Notes under the pieces: model-generated
The model's database searches: none
What the model was told of the DNA's origin: nothing
Seen by the model: the letters and a program-made list of their open reading frames with translations, nothing else
Position numbers and translations under genes: made by a program
Shown: piece by piece, positions 37,501 to 49,200 of the stretch
How the letters are laid out: the number at the start of each line of letters is the position of its first letter
Numbering within the stretch: the first letter of the stretch is position 1
Origin: Bilabrum cf. latius
Taxonomy: Eukaryota
Reading direction: 5' to 3'
Assembly (NCBI GenBank): GCA_965178125.1
Contig: OZ237751.1
Coordinates: forward strand, 682,001-746,000
Length of the DNA stretch: 64,000 nucleotides

Positions 37501-40500
37501 AGCATTGCCACTACGTGGAACGAGATCGGCGAGTCCAGGAAGCTGTGGCAAGTTGCCTGCGAATCTACGGCAGCCGCGCAGGACAGTGGAACGTCTCGGC
37601 ACCGCGATGTGCTTCGGGCTCGAAGGTTCGCAGCGCGTGCCGGAAAGCGAATGTTGCGAGCCATGAAGCGAGGGTCTTACGCTCTTACTGCATCCAGTAG
37701 AGACATTAAGTCGGCAACCAGCGGACATCGTATTTGTTGGGGTCTTCTTGCCGTGGCAGACGCAGCATTGGTTGTGTCAGGCACTGGAGATGCGGTGATT
37801 GATATTGATTCTGACTCATCAAGCGACAGCATAGCTTAGCGCAGGTCTTCGGCGGCAGTGGCTGCCAAGCGCCCAAGGCTGGACGGAATGCACACCGTGG
37901 GTACGCCGGATGCGCTGCAGCCACGGGATCCCAGACCCACTCTCACTGTTGACCAGCCGTCTCTCGCGAGTTAGGGAGCCGGCAAACTGGCTGCTGTTAA
38001 CCTTTTGGTTGGACTGCCGCCTATTTTGTCGATGGGAGTGGAGCTGGAGCCGTGGTTACGACCCTTGCACCTGGACTCGTTCTTCAACCAGAACCCCGGA
38101 GTATCTGCACGTGCAAGGGCACCGGTCCACGCCCACGCCCAACAGCAGCTAGACTATCTACCGCTAGCTACTGGCGACGAAGGTTCATCGCCGCATTCTG
38201 GCAGTGTTCGAACTAGGCTAGCATCTCTGTGGCCTCTCATGGATGGTCCCTCCCTGCTACAGCATCTTGATATTGCATCAGACGATGAGAGCGCTGCCCC
38301 GGACTCAGCCGCTTCTTCCAACGCCCCAGAGGCACTGGACGTGGGAAAAGAGCGAGCTCGTCTACAGACAGCTGATCGTGACGTGCAGGCGTGGGAGGTG
38401 CGCCGAGAGCACCTGGTCCCAGTGGTCGACCTGGCTACACCGGACAAAGAAGGTGGCTGCCACGTGCCAATCCCGTCTTCCACGGGCCCTTACAAGAGAC
38501 AGATGAGCAGCTTGGCAACGGCAACAAGTACCATGGCTACACACAGTGCCGCGGCTACCTCTGGCACACCGTTCAAGAGCCCAGGTCATCAGCTGGGTAG
38601 CAAGAGGGCCCGTGTTCGGTTCGAGCAGGCGACGCCGATGTCCACACCTGGTCAGGGAGCTCGTCGCTCCATGTTGCGTACAAGGTGTCACCCCATACAC
38701 GTTGACGGGACCACCGGGAGCTCTGAGGCTCGACTCACGCGGTGGACATGGCCCGAGCTCCAGCACGACATGCAAGACCTGCTGCGGGTCTCTTCGCCGC
38801 CACGATCTGCAGCAGACTCTCTGCCAGGAACAGCATTGGGCGGCATTCCATACGCTGTCTCCCCGTCCGATGCGTTATCAGTGGCATTACAGGCGCTCAT
38901 ATTGAGATGTGAGTGGAGAGCAGCTGCATAGCTTGCCAGTGACGCATTCGAGGCTATCCGTGAAACCATCCGTCACTTAGAATGCAACTCGGCTGCCGTG
39001 CCCGATGCCTTGCATGGGTGCGTGAAGCTGGGCTGCAGCGATTCACAGGCGAACGCGGCATTAATGGCAGCCGCTGGCAGCCTTCACCGAAGCTGCATCT
39101 CCGTGTTGATCGCATCGTGTGGGTAGCTCAGCCCAGCCGAGATCGTGGAAACTGGCGCGGCCCACACGCTCTCTGTGGTGGCCCGTGATAGCATGCATGC
39201 TGCTTTAGAGCCGATCGATCCGACAGTTGGAGTGCAATCCGACTTCAGTAGTAGCATGTCATCATTGTATACGCTCCGGTCAACACTTTCAGATGTAGCG
39301 ATGAAGTTCAAGCCTTTGGACAGCGCGAATTCGGCTGCACGGACTGCAGAATCGCCATCAGAGGCGTTAGCTGGCCTAGGATACTCTCTTGCATTGGCCA
39401 GGTGTTTGTCCTCTGCCGGGTGCTTTGGGCACGCATGGGGAGTCGTGCACGACTTGTTCTCTGCGTGCAACCGACCTATCCGTCATACCATTGACTCAAG
39501 CCTTTAGCCGCTCCACGCCAAAGAGCCGATGAGCAGTAGATCGAGGTATTGCCAGTCAGTCTCGTCTCTGTGCCTCAGGGAGCTGCTGCGTGCAGTATCT
39601 GGGCAGGTTCGGGTATCGTGCGGGCTTGGAGACCCGCTTGTCGCTGGTCGGTGCAGGCCATGGCGTGCCAGGTGGCAAAGCCGCGGCACTGATCTTGGCT
39701 ATGAATTCAGCGTTCCATAGCGAATCTCAGCCCGCAGCGACCGATACCATCCCTCCGAGATTCCCCTCGCGCAGCTCAACTAGCTGTAGCATGCCATTAT
39801 CTGGAACATCGCGTGCATGGGAACAGCGCAGCCGAAGGAAGACAAGCATGGTACCCCGCGCAAATCTCCACCAGGAAGCAGCAAGTAGGCGAGCACCCCG
39901 TCCTCGGCGAAATCCGGGTCCTCCTCCGGTAGTGCGGAAAAGGCAACGAAGAGGGTGGTCCGCCGATCCAAGAGGTAGTCCCTCTCCAAAATGGGATCCA
40001 GCGCAAGCCCTTCGGCCGTGCTGAAGCAGCACACAATTTTTTAGCCAGAGTTCGGATCGTGCGATTGCGAACTTCCGGGAGCACAGGCTGCGGACCGGTT
40101 AGGGGCCGCGTGGGCCTCGCTGCTGTGTGCCAAAGAGCCAATGCAACCAGACAGTTCACAATAGCTGAGGCCCATGCAGGGCGATATGCCCCTGTACTTA
40201 GGCCCCAAATGCTCTCCCTCAGACGTGCAAGAGGTGGCGATTCGCAGCATGGCTCGGCAGGCATACAGGGCATCAGGTGTTTCGACAAGCGCTCTTTGTG
40301 CAGAACGTGAGCTTCGGCCGGACTACGTGCACGATGCTTCGCTGCTTCGATTTGCATGGCTTGGGTCGTTTCTTGGTCACAGATCGACGGTGAAGCGTCG
40401 GGGCAATAGTGTCGTAGCAGGTACTGCAGGCGCGCCCGGACCTGCGCGCCCGGCTGGCCAGCCACTCATCACAGCGTCCCTGTTCGGGGCTTCGTCAAGC

Positions 40501-43500
40501 AGGACAGGATAGCAAGGGGGATTGACTGGTGCTAAACCCCGCCATGTTCATAGTGCAGACAGAGGGCCAGCTATGGACATGTATGTAGACAGCGATTCTG
40601 ATACCGAAGACGAAGACGGGCGGGCGCTTGGCTCGTTCCCAAAAGGCGTCACAATCTAGACTAACAGCGGCTCAAGGCAAGAGATACGTTCGTGGCCCAC
40701 TGCCGCCACTACCGTCGGCCGCACGTGCGTGTCTAGAGAGCATGCTGTGATGCAGCTTTGGCAGGATGGACAGCAACGGTCTGGGTACCAGTCGCTCTGC
40801 CTGCATGCCTTGGTCATTGTGCGGCTCGCAATTCAAGGTTTTGCGGTGCAATCGAATGATTCAGGATAGGAAACACGAGCTGCTGTGTCCAACGCGTTTT
40901 GTTTGCCGGCACTGTGGTAGCTTTGCAAGTAGGCACCGGCGCCACCGAGCAGCATGTGGCACTCGTCTGCAACTCCAACGCTTCTCCTAGCATGGTGTAG
41001 CAATCCAAGGGTTGTACGGGCGCTTGAGAGCATTGTACCTGAGAGAATTTGGGGAGGAGGGGAGCCGTTTGTGCCTCCAGATGATCAGGAGAAGGCAATT
41101 CTGGCTGCAGTACACTTTGGTAGAGGCCAGCATGTGCCAACGGCATCTCTGCCGCACATTGCAGCTGGCTGTATTGCCCGTGTTATGTCGACAGCTGTCA
41201 CAGTAGCAGGAGACATGGGAGATTTCACTCTTTCTGGTACGTTTGAGTGGAGCAGCGTAGCTGCAGAGCAGAGCGCCTGGGTTGGCCGTGACGACGATCC
41301 TCGCACTGCCTACGATTGGAGCCTGTGCGAGTCTCCCAATTCTCCGTGGATGACCTTGCCTCCGCTGAGGCTGCTTGCCGCCGCTACCGGGCTTTCGGTC
41401 GAAAACGAAGATGCTGGTAGCACTGATTCATCGCACCACGACGAAGAAGTGGAAGCGGCGTACAATCCATTGGTGGACGAGTACGATGGGCAGGCTACGG
41501 AAGGCAGTGGAGACAGTCGCAGCGAAGTTGGCGATAGACCTAGTGGTCAATAGGACGACGATGATGATAACGATGGCGAAGATGAAGTGGGTACATTTTT
41601 TGATTTTCTGCACATTCAGGACCCTAGAAGGGACTCGAGCTAGGACAGGTAGAGCGATGCCTCAGTACCGCGTGCTGGCTTCGTAGCTCGGCTAGGCAGG
41701 CGAGAATGCGCCCGGCTCGCTCACATCTTGGCACGGATCGCGCGTAGCAACGAGTCACAGATAGGTACGCTGCACGATGTACAGCTTGGTAATAGCGCCG
41801 CTGGAGAACCGGCTGTATCCGTGCCAAGCTTTCACTTGGTCGACTGGGAGCAGCCGTACAATCCCACCGGCTGGAGCGGGATCATCAGTGCTGCGTGCCT
41901 TCCTTGGGTCGCCTCGCCGTCGATTGATGCTGTCCTGTCAAAGATGCGAGCCCAACGCAGGAAAGAATCCGATGCTGGTAGGCCAAGCAACGATAGCGCA
42001 GCAGCGTTAGGTGCTGGGCCGGCCTCTGGCGCAGGCAGTAGCCCGTTCTCGTCAGTTGCACGTTTGCATGGACCGGCCGTGTGTTCACCGGAGCGTGCCC
42101 CTGAGCTAGTGTCGCAGGAGAGCCGATTGGCTCGCTCGCAGATGGTCAGACTGTCCTTGGTATCTGGCACAAGCGAACTGCCCCAGATGCTTGCGTCATC
42201 TCGAGTATCTTTCGAGCTAGGTAATGCGTCCCGGGTGCTATCAACACTTGCCATGTTCCGCCCTCCGGCCTCGAATGAGACCTCTGCGTTGGGCGTCACT
42301 GCTGCTGATGCTGCGCTAGCGTGGTCGTCCAAGTGGTGGGATAAGCAACAGCAATCAGTGAGCTCTGGGTCGCCGGAATCGAAAGCTGAAGCCCTACAGC
42401 TTGAAGCGCTCTGCATGCTGTGTGCACCGAGTGCAACTTTGCGCATGATGATGACCAGTAAAGGCGCAGTAAACGTTGCTTCGGTTCTGGGCGATGCATC
42501 TGATATGGGTGCTATGTTCTAGCACCTATAGATTCCTGCCATTGTTGGGATGAACACGGGAGTTATAAAAGTCGCAATTTTGTCAGGATCGCCAAGTCCT
42601 ACTCAAAAGCTTGTGATTGCATTCAAGTACCGTGCTTCTCGTAGCTCTGCAACGTCCTCAGGTGTAATGTAGGCGATCGATTGGGCAGGATCTGGCTGCG
42701 CAAGTTACCTATCTCTAGCTCCGCGGATGCATCTGCACGTGCAGTGCCAGCAACTAGACTGTGTCGCCGGTGCTAGTGCTGCATTCAGCCAGTGTCCGGG
42801 TACTGTGAACCATAAACATCTCAGTCTGCTTCTTACAGGTTACCGGAGGGAAGTTGGTGCCGCTGACTGCGTGGGCCAGTCGTCTTGGGTGCGGAAGTGC
42901 GTGGGAGGCGTCGACTGTGGATTCCGAGATGTCGGTTAGTACGCTCAATTGCATTCAGCCGTGCGTGCCGTGGCAAGCTCAACTGAATTCAGCAACTCCT
43001 GGGACGTCAACGATTCTGTGTAGTCAATGGTGCAGCTGCCTGCCGAAGACCGTGCGCTTATGTCGATGTCTCGGACAAAGTATCAAGACGCAGCCAGACA
43101 GGCTCGCGCTCTACTGACAGACCTAAGCCGGATCATGCAGGGCATTGCAAGGCACCCTTTGAATGTTGGCCTCTGGATTCGCTCCCTCCGTGTCTCTGAT
43201 GCGCTTGCATCGGATGTAGCGTCCCGCAACCCCTGCAGGCGACTAATCGGCATGGCCTCTGACGAGCTAGATGGCCTGGATTCCGCCACTGCTAGCCAGA
43301 TGGAGTGGAAACAACGCCAGTAGATTACTGTTGGAGTTGCGACCATGCCTCCCCTGTGGTTCGGGCTGGTTCACACTGAAAAATTCACTGCAATGCATGC
43401 CCACGGTCAGTCAGTTGTCCTAACAATTCTTGCTGCGGCTGGACTGGAAGTACCGCACCTGCGCTGCGATCCTTCGGGTCTGAATGAGAACGGCTTTTTT

Positions 43501-46260
43501 GGGTTTGAAGAGGGAGTTGACTTGATGAACTGCCTCGGCTAGTGCAGCTCCGGCGATGGATCTGCCGAGTCCAGAGTGCTGAGACGCGCAGCCGTGCTGG
43601 AATGCGCGCGAGCCCATGTGCCCGAGGTCAACGGGCGAAGGCGATTGGCATGCCAGCTGCTGCTGCAGCTAGCCTCTTCCCATTATGCTGCTGCGCGAGG
43701 GCTGCAAGAGGCCTCATTCAGCTCATTTAAGCTTTCGTCCGAAGCGTTCGGCGGGGCAAGTGACATAGCATCGAGAATCGCATTGGGAGAGGTTTCGAAG
43801 GGCGAGTCAGGCGAGGTGCAGGCAGCGAGATCTAGGCATCTTCGCCTGTGCATAGCATACGCTTTCGCGGCCATTGAAGTGGGGACTGCCGCTGGTGGTG
43901 ATCCATCGGGCGTATCTACAGGCGCAGGCACTGGCTCTGGGACCGACTCTAGTGCTGCTCCTGGTTCTGGTGAATCAAGCGGAGACGCAGGTAGCACAGC
44001 GGACGAGGGCATTTCGAGCGAATCCCCCCTTTGGCTCGACATCTATCGCTGTGCAGCGAATTCAGAGCCATCTGGAGAAGCACCATCAGGGGATGCAAAC
44101 CGGCACGCCCGTTCTTCCTTGCTGGACGACCTGCAAATAGTGCGACGGTCCGCTGAAATCACCTCCCGACGCGCCCTTCAGCGGCTTTCGAACGAAGCAG
44201 ATACGAGCTGGCCCTTTGATTGGATCAGCGATGCGTTTGGAATTCTAGCAAAAGCAGGTTCAAAGTTTCTCAGAGCTTCTTGCAAGCGCTAGTCAGGAGC
44301 AGGAAGCGCATCTGACGTTGCCATGTTGAGCGCCACTGCACGAGCAGCTGTCCTCCCCCTACACGAAGCCTCGGTCAGGTGTGCCGCCGCATTTGAGATT
44401 ATCGAAACGAAAAAACCAAGGAAGGTCAAGCTTGTCTCTGGGCTTGCAAAATCTCGCCCTGGCGTCGACGAAATTGGGCTCATCCTGTCTTGCGCCCCGA
44501 TCGGTTGGCTGCGTCCGGATCCGAGCAATCGAGGCCAGAGTAACTCACGCTCGTGGGACATGGCTTGGCATTCTACGGCGATTGAAGCAGCGAAGGCGTC
44601 GCTCTCAGTTGCAAAAGTAATTCATGCAGCAGAGCCTCCGTCGGCAGCAGATAGAAGTTCTGTCGACGCGGCACATGCTGTTCTGTCGTCTGTGCAGGGG
44701 ATATCTGCGTGGGTGCAGGCGCAAGGCAAGGTAAAGAGTGCTTATGAGGCTGCAAGAAGTAGATCTGTAACCTTGCTAGGCAACGCTGGTGATGCGAGTG
44801 AAATTACGGGTGATGCGAAGACTGCCTGCCAGCAGATGAGCAATCAGTGTTCCATTTTCTTGGCTGACGTGTTGCTTCACAGTGCCGCACAAAGCCAAGT
44901 GTCAGCGTCGTCTGCCTCGTCATCTCTTGCTGCCACTGGTCACGGCAGCTCTGTCTCTCATAGGGTTTGCCTTGTTAGGGGTCGCGGCGATGGCGAGAAA
45001 TCTCAATTGGGGGCCGATATATCGGCATTTCTTGTAGCTGGCGATAGCAACGCACCTGGCTTTAGTGACGACCACGGTCATGGTGACGTTGGCGGCAAGG
45101 GGCCCAAGCTACTGAGGCTTGAGGGCATGCAAGAACATGCCCATTCGCTGTGGTCAATGTGGCAGGTAATGCAGTGCTTGAAGTCGCTCGAGAGCTTGTT
45201 TCAAGACGAAGACAACAGCCAGCAGCTCGCTGTGGTCAGCACGTCACGACTGCTGGTGCGCATGCACGGGGTAGGCAAGCAGTGCATGGCGGCCATGTCT
45301 GGGGCTTGCACTCGTGCGCTCCAAGCACCCGTGCCTCCTAGCGGCCTCCTCGGAGAAACTGCGGTAGTGTCTGCCCTTCTGAACTCCGACGAAGCGTTGC
45401 AGCAGCACTTCCCTGCGTCATGTGGACCCACGGCAGTCGAGCCTGATGGTTGGTTGTGGCAAGCCCACGGTACACTCATGCAATTGACGAGGTGTTCAGT
45501 CAACAACCAACCCTTGTCTTTCTACATTTACGGGGGCTCATCCACTGGAGAGCGGCTAGACTTGGAGGCGTGCGACACGAAGTGGCAGATTGACTGCGGT
45601 CGCGCTCTCGATGCAATGGCTGCCACGGCGTGGATGCTTGTGCTTGCTGGATGGCAGCGAGAGCCTGCGGCCGGCCGTGGCGACTGGGGAGCTGCGGCTC
45701 AGCAGCTGGTCGAGGCCATCCGTAGCTCATGTGAAAGGGTTGCAGTCACTCACAAGAGAGAGGGGCAGCCGGCCATCGCGGCTCACTCTCGAGTTTGCTC
45801 GGCTATTGGCGGAATTGCAGTCGCAATATCTCAGCCCACACCCGAGGCTCAACGGGTAGCGATCGCTGCCCTGTGGCGTGAACTATCGTCTTCCGTTGAC
45901 AAAAGGGCTGGGCAGCTGCGGTGGAGGCCTCGCGCGGCTGGCCGTCTGCTTGTTTCGCTGCTAGTATCCATTGGCTTGCCAAAGCGGCAGCGCATCGAAC
46001 CCTCGCAAGAGATGCTCAAGAGCCTCAAGCTCTTCGCAGGCGGGCTTGTACGAGGCATGGATCCAGGGCAAGGGATCCGCGAAGAAGAGGAAACCTAGAG
46101 GTTACAATAGGCTGTAGAAGCCTCGATTGACGAAGCTTTGGTAATAGCAGGGGAGCAACAAGGGCCGCTGCTGGGTGCCTTGGGGGCTGGTCTGTAGCTA
46201 GCCAGAACCTGCCTCGAGTCTGGAGCTAAGACTTTGCAGCCTGAAAGTGAAATGGGTTGA
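34520..46260 (+). CDS. Giant hypothetical helical protein (about 3880 aa)
   Basis: Frame +1 from 34663 to TGA 46258 contains about 40 TAGs and no TAA/TGA. A short first exon 34520-34570 is proposed via intron 34571-34662. TPR-like N-terminal helices (HKREALASCMKALNLIR). Confidence 0.75.
34571..34662 (+). other. Probable spliceosomal intron (92 nt)
   Basis: GTACGT donor and CTAAC immediately before the GCAG acceptor; supplies an ATG for the giant frame and removes TAA 34582. Confidence 0.5.
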
Positions 46261-46288
46261 CACATTGGAACACTTTTGACGTTTAGAC

Positions 46289-49200
46289 TCAAGCATCGGT
46301 TTGCACCGCAACAGTTCGAAGGCCTGGAATCCCGGCAGCCTAGATAGCCACAACGGCATCAGCCGACTCTCCAATGTCCACGATATCGATTTCGGCATGC
46401 CGCGCCCTTGCAACTTCCCGCATCTGTGCTCGTCTAACCTCAATGGTGCGTTTTTTTGCGCCGCTTTTGATGTCGTTTGCCTCCCGTTGCTGCATCAGCA
46501 GTGACTCCCACAGCTCGCGAGCCTCTTGCTCCAGCTCGGTAGCGGACATGCCACGGTACGGCTTCTTCTTGTCCATCACATCAGAAGCTATGCTTCTGAG
46601 ATCCGCAACAGTCTCCACTCCACACCAGCCTGCTAGAGTCTCTTCGTCAATGGGCCAGCCGAGGTTGCCACCCGGCTGCCGAGCACCCGCCGACCCACCA
46701 CTGCGACTGCCCGGACCACCCCCTGCCCTACCAGACCTGCCTGATTTGCCCAGAGAGCCTTCAAATGGATCGTTCGTGGCCCCACTCTAGTCTCCATCGC
46801 GATCATGGTCCCTACCATGAATTCCGAACTCGCCCACATCGTTTTCGTCGTGCTTGGAGCCGTACTCGCTGTTGCTGTCTCCATCTTCATCGCCATCTGC
46901 AGCGTCCATCAGCTCAAGTAATGCAGCCGAGCCTTGTTTGCGAAGCACCGCACCGCCTGGACCTTCTGTCTATCCCCTTCGGCTGCCCTTGCGACGCCCC
47001 CTCCGAGTGCCAGTGTCGCCAACAGCGTGTCCGCTAGCCGCCGAATCATCACTTTGAGAGCCCTGGCTGCTACCATCCTAGCCGTCTGCATCTAGGCCGT
47101 GTCGACCTGAGGCATGGTGCCTGCTACGCCCACCTACACCGCGCCTGGACTTATCACGCGATGATCTTGTGCTCTTGCCGCCTCGCTTTTGATACCCTCG
47201 ATCGCCGTGATGACGCTCGCCATCCTGGCTCCCCTGAGACCCCGAATCCCAGTCACCTTCGCCATCGACCGACCCATCTTTGCTGTGACCACCTTCCCCT
47301 GGCCCCCTTCGGTGACTTTTGCGCTTGCGGCTGCGCTTCTTAGCACGAGACGCGTTACCTGGATCAGAATCGCCACTCCCCTCTTCGGACGATCCACCAC
47401 TTTGACCCCTGCGGCGGCCAGAAGACCCACGCCCGCGCTGGTGCCGCTTGCCTCTACTATCCAAAGAAGCAGCGCCAGACTCGTCCGTTTCTTGTCCCTG
47501 CCACCGGTCTGACTGAACGCTGCCGCCAGAATCGGAGAATTTGTCATCAAATCTTGGTCCGTCCGACTTTCTCCTGCGAATCATCGCTCCGCTTTCGCTA
47601 GAGTCAGAGCTATCGTAGGACGAGTCACCTCCTCTCTTGAACTGCACGCGCTTGCGCCTGCGCTTGCGTCGGTGTTTCTTCCTATCTCGACGGCTCTACT
47701 TGCCACGGCGCGAACCTGAAGCGTGTTCATCGCTTGAGGCACTACCTGACACGCTTGAGCTATCACTTCCAGTCGATGAATACGAACCAGAGCTGCTGCT
47801 GTCGCTGTAGTTCGAGTCGCTGTACGAAGATCGGCTAGATTCAGTATAGCTTCCCAAATAGGATGATGACCCCGCGGAGCCGGAACTAGTTGACTCAGAG
47901 TCTGCACCTGAGACCAGTACGTCACCATCGTCGCCTGGGACGGGGGATTCTACCAGAGTGGATTCAGCATTCGTTCCTCCAATCTGGACCTTGCGGCGAG
48001 GCGAGCTCTGAAATCCATCGTCGTGATCTTCCACTGCGTGCGCCTGATCTAGCATGGACATCCAATCCCCTTGGCCTTCTGCCTTTGCGTTGCGGCGCAT
48101 CTGCACCACCATTTTGGCTCGCTTCTCCCACCCTTCGGACGTCTCGTATTCGTGCCCCTGCCCCCACGGAAACACGATGTAGGTCATCGCCAGCAGCTAC
48201 CGCCTGAGTTCCCTTGCAATCTTGTTGAGTTTTTTACCCTGACGCACCGCCTTTCGCATCTCATGCCTTGCCGCTTTCGACAAACCGACTGTCTGCTGCA
48301 GTATCTGATCGTACACCTTTGCTTCCTGCCTGGCCTCTCGTAGTAGCTTTGCGCCGACAATCTAACGATCTGTCCACACACGTTGAAGCAAGGGGGCGAC
48401 TGACAGAGCATTGGGGATGTCTGGATCAGAGCTCCTCAGTAGAACCATGCCGCCTTGCTGCGCTGGTAGCACGGCTTCTAGCTCCACGCTTGACGGAACA
48501 GCCTTTCCAGTCGCAATCCACGCAAGCTTTGCCTGCTCCCTGGCGGATTTCGTGCTGGAGGTCCACTCGTCAGCATGCACAAGACGAATAGCTTCGTCGA
48601 AGCACATCTACACGATGTCCTGTCCTCTGGAAAGAACGTCTGCGGAATGCCGTGAGAGGCACGTTCGCAGAATGGACGGATACTTCTATGCTTTGGGTAC
48701 CGGCTCAGCATGTTGTCCTGCCTCGACGTTTGACTCGTCCGAGTCGCCACTGTTCCCATCTGGATTCTTCAACTAAACCACGGGCTCGTCATCACTGTCA
48801 GTGGAAGCTGCGCCATCCTGGACCCCACTGGACGATTCGATATCGTCTTCAGCAGCCTTGGACTTGGATGCAACGCCCGACGTAGCAGAAGCTTCCGTCT
48901 AGCTCTCAAAGGTATCCTTTCGAATCCTTGCAGCGACTTGAATGGCAAGCAGCGCAGCTCGGTACCTGTGATGGTGCCCCACCCGAGGTGCTGCATAGCC
49001 CGCAGCGCGGCTGGCCGGTCCACTAGCCACCTGCTGTGCCTGCAAGATGTCCTGTGCGAACGGAACATAATACTTGGTTGCGTCCCAGCCAATCGCATCT
49101 GATGCCAGCCGAACAACCTCAATGGGCGGACCCTTCGCCTGCAGTATGTCGGTTCCGTACGAAAACAAGGGGTCGGACCTCTCTGCGATCGACTTATATG

